From an uncultured Verrucomicrobiae bacterium (GTDB taxonomy: Bacteria; Verrucomicrobiota; Verrucomicrobiia; Chthoniobacterales; JAFAMB01), in assembly GCA_963837955.1 (NCBI GenBank), contig CAWIPH010000002.1, forward strand, positions 2,016,001 to 2,080,000: DNA of 64,000 nt. Reading direction: 5' to 3'. The notes under the pieces are model-generated. The model was not told the origin of the DNA. It ran no database searches and worked only from the letters and a program-made list of their open reading frames with translations. A program made the translations under genes and the position numbers. Below, one piece after another: positions 9,901-17,264 of this stretch (positions within the stretch are counted from its first letter, which is position 1; each line of letters starts with the position of its first letter).

Positions 9901-11898
9901 ATGGTCCACAAAGAACACATTCTTCGCCGCCAGACGCTGTTGTTCGCATCGATATGGTGCGTATCCGCAGCGCTGCCGGCATTTGCAGCTGATCCAGTTG
10001 CGACGCCGAGCCCTCCTAATTTCCCGGTCTCGGACACTGCTCCTATTCCCTCGCCAACCCCGCTTGTTGCTGCATCTCCAGCTGCTTCCGCAACTCCAGC
10101 GCCTTCGGCAACGCCATCGCAGAATGTAACGATCAATCTGATCAATCGTCTGGTTCAGCGCGGTGTTCTTACCAAAGAAGATGCAGATGAACTCATCAAG
10201 CAGGCCGAAGCCGATGCGGTCCGCGCCCGGGAAGAGGTTACGAAAGCGAATGAAACACCGGCTCCCGGCTCGGCCCTGATGACTCCGGGAGGTCTTTTGC
10301 CTTCTCCTCAGTTTATGCCGACCCAGAATCCGGTCGCCAATGCCGAGAGCGGCTCCGTTCCGCCGGCCAGTCAGGAGCCTCCGCCAGCTCTCGAACCTGG
10401 TCCCGACGACACGGTGCGGGTTACTTACATACCCGAGGTCGTGAAGGCTCAGTTGCGGGATGAAATCAAGCAGGAGGTTATGCAGGAAGCTCGCGACGAG
10501 CGCTGGGCGGCTCCGCGCACTTTTCCGGAATGGGTGTCGCGCATTAAGCTTTTCGGGGATGTCCGTTTCCGTTACGAAGGTATTTTCTTTCCCTCCGGTA
10601 ACGATAACACCGGCGCTTTTCCCAATTTCAACGCGATCAATACCGGGCCCCCTTTTGATGTGAGTCAGAACAACACCAGTTTCCCGCCAGAGCTCAATGT
10701 CGATAAGGAGCGCAATCGGTTCCGGATGCGAGTTCGAGCCGGCCTGCTTGCGGATTTGGGTGATGGGTTTACGATCGGAATCCGTGGAGCCACCGGGGAA
10801 AACGACTCTCCGGTGACAGAGAATCAGACGGTCGGAGCTGCGAACAGCGGGCAGGGAGGCAATTTCAGCAAATACGCGATCTGGCTCGATCGTGCTTTTC
10901 TGAAGTACGAGATTGGATGTCTGCCCGTTAGCGATTTGGCTATTACGTTTGGCCGTTTCGACAATCCGTTCTTTGCCACTACCATGATCTGGGCAAACGA
11001 TCTTGGCTTTGACGGCGTGGTGTTGCAGGGGAAATACCAATTTTTCGGATCTGTGACTCCGTTCCTGACACTGGGCGCCTTTCCTGTCTTTAACACGGAG
11101 CTCAACTTCGCCTCCACCAATGCCGCCAAGTTCAACAGCGAAGATAAATATCTTTTCGCGATTCAAGGTGGGACCGAGTGGGTGATTAACCGCGATTTCA
11201 GCACGAAACTGGGCCTCGCGTACTACTACTTCAAGAATATCGAGGGCCGGCTCTCGAAGCCGTTTACACCGCTTTCCTCGTCGGACCAGGGAAACACGGA
11301 TGACAGCCGGCCGGCGTTTGCCCAGAACGGGAACACCTACATGGCCTTACGGAATATCATCGGGACTGCCTCCAATAACTTTAATCAGACCAACCAATTC
11401 CAGTACTTTGGACTCGCCACGCCGTTCCATGAATTGGCGTTTACCGGACGACTCGATTACAACCATTTTGAGCCGCTCCAGGTATCGCTGGTAGGGGAAT
11501 TCGTCACGAACGTCGCTTTCGATCGAAGCCAAATAGCGGGCAAGGCGGTGAACAATCGGAGTACAGCGACTCTCCCGGCAGTCGGTTCGTTTGCGGGTGG
11601 TAATACGGCCTGGATCATCAATCTTACCGCTGGGAGCGCCACATTTCAGAAGCGATGGGATTGGAACGTCGGCATCGGATACCGCTATGTGGAATCTGAC
11701 GCAGTGGTCGATGGCTTTAACGACTCCGATTTCGGCACTCCACTATCCGGCACCAATCTGAAGGGCTACACCATCTTCGGAAATCTTGCTCTAACTCCCA
11801 ATGTTTATCTCGGAATCCGTTGGATGAGCGCCAACGAGATTGCGGGTCCTCCCTTCAAATCCGACGTACTGCAAGTCGACATCAACGGAAAGTTCTAA
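9901..11898 (+). CDS. Putative outer-membrane porin
   Basis: Signal peptide, N-terminal LINRLVQRGVLTKEDA..L helix, barrel motifs GDVRFRYE, RNRFRMRVRAG, LDRAFL, GTNLKGY; ends DINGKF. Confidence 0.82.
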   Translation: MVHKEHILRRQTLLFASIWCVSAALPAFAADPVATPSPPNFPVSDTAPIPSPTPLVAASPAASATPAPSATPSQNVTINLINRLVQRGVLTKEDADELIKQAEADAVRAREEVTKANETPAPGSALMTPGGLLPSPQFMPTQNPVANAESGSVPPASQEPPPALEPGPDDTVRVTYIPEVVKAQLRDEIKQEVMQEARDERWAAPRTFPEWVSRIKLFGDVRFRYEGIFFPSGNDNTGAFPNFNAINTGPPFDVSQNNTSFPPELNVDKERNRFRMRVRAGLLADLGDGFTIGIRGATGENDSPVTENQTVGAANSGQGGNFSKYAIWLDRAFLKYEIGCLPVSDLAITFGRFDNPFFATTMIWANDLGFDGVVLQGKYQFFGSVTPFLTLGAFPVFNTELNFASTNAAKFNSEDKYLFAIQGGTEWVINRDFSTKLGLAYYYFKNIEGRLSKPFTPLSSSDQGNTDDSRPAFAQNGNTYMALRNIIGTASNNFNQTNQFQYFGLATPFHELAFTGRLDYNHFEPLQVSLVGEFVTNVAFDRSQIAGKAVNNRSTATLPAVGSFAGGNTAWIINLTAGSATFQKRWDWNVGIGYRYVESDAVVDGFNDSDFGTPLSGTNLKGYTIFGNLALTPNVYLGIRWMSANEIAGPPFKSDVLQVDINGKF

Positions 11899-11900
11899 TC

Positions 11901-12548
11901 ATGTCCCGAAACATCTCACCTTTCATCGCTATGAGCTTGCTCTGGATCTGGATGGCCGGAGCGCTCAAAGCAGCCGATCAAACGACTTCACCGGAGGAGC
12001 GTCTGCGCGGAATGTTGCGCACCACGATGCTCCAACTGCGTGAGGCCCAGAATCAGAACGCTGTCCTGCAGACAGCCAAAGCCGAAGCCGAAAAAGGGAA
12101 ACAAGAGGTCAGCGATCGTCTCGAAGCTTTGACTAAGCAAGCCGCGGCCGACAAAGATGCCGCAACTAAAACTGTTTCTGATCTCAACGCCAAACTCGCT
12201 GATCAGAATACGCAGCTGGCCCAGTATAAGGATGCTCTGGAAAAATGGCAGCAAGGCTACAAACAGGCGGCCGAGCTGGCGACCACGAAGGAGGCACAGC
12301 GGGCTAAGCTCGCCTCTCAGGTCATTGTCCTGCAGCGGCGGGTCGAAGACGATGAACGCAAGAATGCCGAACTTTACAGCCTGGGGAAAGAAATCCTCAA
12401 CCGTTACGAAAAGTTCGGTCTCGGGACGGCTCTGACTGCCCGCGAACCGTTCGTTGGTGTAACGCGCGTGAAACTCGAGAACTTAGTCCAGGATTATTCA
12501 GATAAACTTAGCGACCAACAAATCAAACCAACTGCTCCCGCTCATTGA
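11901..12548 (+). CDS. Exported coiled-coil hypothetical protein
   Basis: ATG at 11901, two nt after the porin stop; signal peptide followed by long heptad-rich helices. Confidence 0.75.
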   Translation: MSRNISPFIAMSLLWIWMAGALKAADQTTSPEERLRGMLRTTMLQLREAQNQNAVLQTAKAEAEKGKQEVSDRLEALTKQAAADKDAATKTVSDLNAKLADQNTQLAQYKDALEKWQQGYKQAAELATTKEAQRAKLASQVIVLQRRVEDDERKNAELYSLGKEILNRYEKFGLGTALTAREPFVGVTRVKLENLVQDYSDKLSDQQIKPTAPAH

Positions 12549-12590
12549 TCTCACTCTTGCATATCTCGCCTATCCAGATCCTCTCCTAAT

Positions 12591-13589
12591 ATGAATCTCT
12601 CCTTGTCGTCTGTATCGTCTTCGAGTTCGCGTGTCTTTCATCGGTTACCGGCCTTGAGCGTCGCACTATCTTGGTTGGGGAAGGTGCACGTGGGCCTCTT
12701 GGCGTCGAGCTTGCTTGTTTACAGCGCGACCGCGGCTGATCCGAGCCCGTCCGCTACTGACTCCGCGGTGATCGCTCGGATCGGCGACACCGAAGTCAAA
12801 ATCGACGATATCCGCGCCTCGATCGAATCCCTCGATGCTCGCGACCAAGCGGCGTTGGCCCGCGATCCGAGTTTGCTGAACCAGGTCGTACGAACATTCC
12901 TCGTGCGCCGGATCGTGTTGAAGGAAGCCCTGGCTAAAAAATGGGACCAGGAGTCGGCGGTAGCCGCGCAGATCCAACGGGCGCGCGACAACACCATCGT
13001 TGAAACTTATTTGCAATCCGTTTCCAAGCCGGTCGACACGTATCCGAGCGACGCCGAGTTACAGACCGCCTATGAGACCAAGAAAGCTCAGTTACTTGTT
13101 CCCCGGCAGTTTCGGCTGGCCCAAATCTTTATCGCAATGCCGAAGACCGCTGATAAAGCCACGACAGATAAAGCCCAAACCAAACTAGAGGCCGTTAAAA
13201 AGAGTCTACACCAAACCGGTGCCGATTTCGCGGTGATCGCCAAGGCAAACAGTGAAGAAGCGGAGAGTGCGGCGCGCGGAGGTGAAATTGGTTGGCTTAC
13301 GGAAACCCAGGTGCAACCCGAGGTTCGACCCCAAGTGACCTCTCTGAGCAAGAACGCGGCGTCCGAACCAATCCGACTGGAAGACGGGTGGCACATTCTC
13401 AAGGTTCTTGATATCAAGGAGGCATACACTCCGACGCTCGACGAGATTCGCAGCCAGCTAGTACAGCAGCTTCGGAACGAAAAAACCCAAAGCAACAGTC
13501 AGGCATATCTGGCCAAGCTGTTGCAGCAAAGCCCCGTCGCGATCAACGAGCTAGCTCTCTCGAAAGTTTTGAACAAGACGGAGAAGTGA
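12591..13589 (+). CDS. PpiC/parvulin-type peptidyl-prolyl isomerase (SurA/PrsA-like)
   Basis: FRLAQIFI...ADFAVIAKANSEEAESAARGGEIGW...SEPIRLEDGWHILKV parvulin motifs. Confidence 0.9.
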   Translation: MNLSLSSVSSSSSRVFHRLPALSVALSWLGKVHVGLLASSLLVYSATAADPSPSATDSAVIARIGDTEVKIDDIRASIESLDARDQAALARDPSLLNQVVRTFLVRRIVLKEALAKKWDQESAVAAQIQRARDNTIVETYLQSVSKPVDTYPSDAELQTAYETKKAQLLVPRQFRLAQIFIAMPKTADKATTDKAQTKLEAVKKSLHQTGADFAVIAKANSEEAESAARGGEIGWLTETQVQPEVRPQVTSLSKNAASEPIRLEDGWHILKVLDIKEAYTPTLDEIRSQLVQQLRNEKTQSNSQAYLAKLLQQSPVAINELALSKVLNKTEK

Positions 13590-13678
13590 GGCGTGGTTGG
13601 TGAACGGTGATTGGTGATTGGTGAGCAGTAATCAGTAATCAGTAATCAGTAAGCAGTAAGCGGGGAGCGGAGAGCCGG

Positions 13679-14833
13679 GAGAGCCGGACGCCGGGGTATG
13701 CCGTTGCGTTTGTCGATCGTCACAACAAAACCGCCCGGCGTATATGGTCGGTGACGCGATGACCGATGACCAATCACCGTGCGCTACCACGGGGGGACCG
13801 AGTCCCTGGGGCTTCGCCCCTAGGCTATCCTAAAACGTGCCTTCAGCCCTAACTAACTAAGCTAATCACCGATCACCAATCATTCGCCATCCCAGCCCGC
13901 TGAGCGACGCGCCACACGAATGTAACAATCAAAATGCAGACGACTCGGTGTGTTGATGACAATGATAAGGGCAACGATTTCAACAAACTTTCGGTAACCG
14001 ACCTACACGTTTATGTGCACCCTGAAATCTTCCGATTTGTTTGGCGCGCATCGGAGCGCCTTTTCGACCGCTGCCGCGATCCTGGTCATGATTGGAGCTA
14101 TTTCCGTCGCTGCCGGGGGTGATGCCGGGAACATACTGCGCTCAAACCCTGTGGTGAATCCGAATCAGCAGGCGAATGCGATAAATCGTCTCGCGCAGAC
14201 AAATCAGGCGGTGCAAGCAATGCAGAATACGACTAATGCCCTTCGCAGCCTGAATAATCAGCAGACCAGCCCCATACGCGGCGGTGGCGTGATCGTCAAT
14301 GCGAGCCAGACCCCGAACGCGGTACCGAGCCAGATCCTGGCTTCGTTTCACGTCAATGGCAAAACGTATGTGATCGATCGCAACGGCATCATTTTCGGCG
14401 GTCCGCGGCAGATAAATACGCACGAGTTGACTGGTGCGGCCATGGGAGCAACGAGCGATTGGATGACGGAAGTCGCGAAAAAGCAACGCGCTGAGACTGC
14501 GCCGAAAAAGGTTCCGTCGCTCGTGAGAGCCGAGGTGCTGGGGTACGGCGCTAAGCCCTGACCGGGCGCTGGTGATTGGTGATCGGTAAGCAGTAAGCAG
14601 TCTTGCGCTCTTTCAGAGCGGACGCATTGGTTTGGCGCTACCCGGGGTTGCGCAAAGCCTCCACCCCGGGCTGAGTCCTCTAACGCCTTCCGACTTCGCC
14701 AACCATTAGCTATGGTTCGACGTCACAGAAGGGCTTCGTCGGACAGGTCGGCGTATCTGGTGTATCCGACAAGCCGGGCGGTTTTGTTGTGACCATTGAC
14801 AACGCGACGGCATACCCCTGGCATCCGGCTCTC
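13679..14833. repeat. About 60-bp imperfect inverted repeat pair (13679-13739 / 14773-14833) with heptamer runs nearby
   Basis: GAGAGCCGGACGCCGGGGTATGCCGTTGCGTTTGTCGATCGTCACAACAAAACCGCCCGGC versus GCCGGGCGGTTTTGTTGTGACCATTGACAACGCGACGGCATACCCCTGGCATCCGGCTCTC. CAGTAAT/CAGTAAG runs at 13626-13661. Confidence 0.85.
14013..14561 (+). CDS. Small exported protein with a TPS-domain fragment and a TpsA-like C-terminal tail (mini-TpsA)
   Basis: Hydrophobic signal-like N-terminus, PSQILASFHVNGKTYVIDRNGIIFGGPRQIN motif, and C-terminus PSLVRAEVLGYG matching the TpsA tail PSIITVEVLGYG. Confidence 0.75.
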   Translation: MCTLKSSDLFGAHRSAFSTAAAILVMIGAISVAAGGDAGNILRSNPVVNPNQQANAINRLAQTNQAVQAMQNTTNALRSLNNQQTSPIRGGGVIVNASQTPNAVPSQILASFHVNGKTYVIDRNGIIFGGPRQINTHELTGAAMGATSDWMTEVAKKQRAETAPKKVPSLVRAEVLGYGAKP

Positions 14834-15004
14834 GCTTACTCCTTACTCCTTTCTGCTTACCGATCACAAATCAACGATCACCGCTGCATCGTCACCGCGT
14901 CAGGGGTTGATACGCCGAAGGCGTCAAAGGACTCAGCCCGGGGTGGAGGCTTTGCGTAACCCCGGGTAGCCCAAAAAATGCGTCCGCTCTGAAAGAGCGA
15001 AAGA
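14601..15004. repeat. REP-like palindromic elements, inverted pair (14601-14690 and 14909-15004)
   Basis: TCTTGCGCTCTTTCAGAGCGGACGC...CCCGGGGTTGCGCAAAGCCTCCACCCCGGGCTGAGTCC and its near reverse complement. A third copy is split by the IS110. Confidence 0.9.
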
Positions 15005-15146
15005 AGTCTTTAGGGAGCTCGGTTAAGGCAGCAACAATCCGTAGAAGCCAACGCTGGGTGAGAGGATCTAGAAGGGGCGTTCATGCCCTCGATGGAGCCG
15101 GTAATTGAGCGCCGTTCTGCCAGATGGTCTTGCGCTCTTTCAGAGC

Positions 15147-15434
15147 TTCAACCGGCTGCGCGGGTGTTTTTCACCGTAGGAACATTCATTTAGTGGCGTA
15201 GTGGAGTCTTCCTTCGCTAAGAGGAGGGATGCAACGAGGAGGCTTGGCAAGTAATCCGCTTGCCCAGTGGTGTTTAGCAGTAACTAAACCCGCCTTTCAG
15301 CATGGAATCAGACGCTACGATTTTTTCACTGGTGGCTGGAAAGCACTGTGGTGCTTGCAAGACCCCGTTTATGAGAATGTCTCGATCTTTCGCCGTCTGA
15401 GCCACGCCTCCTTCGTTGGCTAATCAACGAGAGA
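15147..15434 (+). ncRNA. Candidate IS110 bridge RNA in the left non-coding end
   Basis: Nested stems form two loops; one contains CTTTCAG (target flank) and the other TTATGAGA (element right-end junction). Exact RNA ends unknown. Confidence 0.7.
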
Positions 15435-16844
15435 ATGAAACAACACGAGAAGACAAAAACCAAGTCCGAAGCGCCAAAACCGTTACACGAGCCAGAGCCC
15501 GATGCGGCTGGCATTGATGTAGGAGCCAATGAAATCTGGGTTGCTGTAGCGCCTGATCGTAGCGAGAAGCCAATCAGAAGATTTGGTGCATTTACTCAGG
15601 AGCTCAAGGCCATTGTCCAGTGGCTGCGAGATTGCGGGATTCGTACCGTAGCAATGGAATCGACCGGTGTTTACTGGATTCCACTCTATCAGCTTCTGGC
15701 CGATGCCGGACTGAAGGTCTGTTTAGTCAACGCCCGGCATGTCAAAAATGTACCGGGTCGCAAAAGTGACGTGGGCGACTGTCAATGGTTGCAGTACCTC
15801 CACAGCGTGGGTCTATTGCGGGCTTCTTATCGGCCCGATCAAGCCATCTGTGCCGCGCGGAGCATTTACCGCTATCGGCAAAATCTGCTCACCCAGGCTG
15901 CTCAGCATCTCCAGCATATGCAGGCGGCCTTGGATCAAATGAATATTAAGCTCCACCACGTCATCGACGATCTGACGGGCATGACGGGGCTGGCGATCAT
16001 CGAGGCCATTTTAGAGGGTGAGCGAGACCCACACCAATTGGCCAAGCATCGCGATCACCGAATCAAAGCTTCCCAACAAACCATCGTCAAAGCCTTGGAG
16101 GGCGATTGGCGCAGCGAACACCTCTTTGTTTTAAAAGTGGCCTGGGAAAATTGGAAGCAGGCTCAACACCAAATCCAAAAATGTGATCAACAGCTGCTGG
16201 AATACACCCGCCAATTGGAAGCCTGTACTACTCTGGCCAAGCCGATCAAGACCGTGCGCTTGAGCACGCAAGCAGCCGGCTCTCATCCCGTTGCCCGGCC
16301 CAGCAAACCGCGCAGGAAAACCAGCAAGAATGAACCCCCGGGGCCTTGGCGAGAAGAACTCTCTCGCTTCTTTGGCGTTGATCTGACCGCTATCCCAAGC
16401 ATCAGCGTTCTCACCGGTATTACCCTGATGACCGAGCTAGGTAATGACCTGGGTGCTTTCAAGAGCGCACACCACTTTAGTTCCTGGCTCTGTCTGTGTC
16501 CGGATAACGAGACCAGCGCTAGCAAAGTGCTTCGCCGAGCGACCCGTCGCAGCCAAAATCGGGTTCGACAGGCATTGCGCATGGCTGCCTCTTCCTTGCA
16601 CCATGATAAGAGCTACCTGGGAGACAAATACCGACGCTTGCGCGCCAAACTAGGTGCTCCCAAGGCTATCACCGCCATGGCCCACCAATTAGCCAGAATC
16701 CTCTGGCACCTCATCGTTCATCGAGTCCCCTTTGATCTGACCATCTTTGCTGCTTACGAAAAGGCCAATCAGACCCGACGTCTCAAACGACTCTCCTCTG
16801 CTGCCCGCCAGATGGGCTACCAACTGACTCCTATCGCTACCTGA
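15435..16844 (+). CDS. IS110-family transposase/recombinase
   Basis: DEDD RuvC-like motifs GIDVG, AMESTGVYW, RKSDVGD. C-terminal Transposase_20-like region FSSWLCLCPDNETSASK...KAITAMAHQLARILW. Confidence 0.95.
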   Translation: MKQHEKTKTKSEAPKPLHEPEPDAAGIDVGANEIWVAVAPDRSEKPIRRFGAFTQELKAIVQWLRDCGIRTVAMESTGVYWIPLYQLLADAGLKVCLVNARHVKNVPGRKSDVGDCQWLQYLHSVGLLRASYRPDQAICAARSIYRYRQNLLTQAAQHLQHMQAALDQMNIKLHHVIDDLTGMTGLAIIEAILEGERDPHQLAKHRDHRIKASQQTIVKALEGDWRSEHLFVLKVAWENWKQAQHQIQKCDQQLLEYTRQLEACTTLAKPIKTVRLSTQAAGSHPVARPSKPRRKTSKNEPPGPWREELSRFFGVDLTAIPSISVLTGITLMTELGNDLGAFKSAHHFSSWLCLCPDNETSASKVLRRATRRSQNRVRQALRMAASSLHHDKSYLGDKYRRLRAKLGAPKAITAMAHQLARILWHLIVHRVPFDLTIFAAYEKANQTRRLKRLSSAARQMGYQLTPIAT

Positions 16845-17264
16845 GACCGATCTCCGCTGTGAACTCCACGCTAAACTCCACCATGTTCCTTATGAGAGCG
16901 GGCGCGTTTTTTTGCGTTACCCGGGGTTGCGCAAAGCCTCCACCCCGGGCTGAGTCCTTTAACGCCTTCGGCGTATCTGGCGTATCCGACTCCTGGCGTC
17001 GGCTCCTCGCTTACTGCTTACCGATCACCCATGACCAATCACTGACCACGGATCACCAATCCCGACCACCCGATGACCGATAACCGATCACGGATACACT
17101 GAATCACTAATGGCCGACCACCGATCACGGCGGAACGCCATTCCACCGGACAACTAGACAAGTTCGAAACTTGATCCAATCTCGATAGCGTACGCCATGG
17201 AAGATTATCAAACATGCGGGCTGTGTCTTCTGTGGTGAGGTTAACGGGTAAGAATCAGATATCG

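Larger units (their letters stand above)
15142..16899 (+). mobile_element. IS110-family insertion sequence, apparently complete, inserted in a REP-like palindrome
   Basis: AGAGC occurs at both junctions (15142-15146 and 16895-16899). Removing the element restores a near-identical copy of the REP seen intact at 14601-14690. Confidence 0.88.

Noticed and set aside
9895..11166. 423-aa ORF on the minus strand
   Set aside because: Fully antisense to the porin gene, with no recognisable motifs; treated as a shadow ORF, like most short overlapping ORFs in the track.
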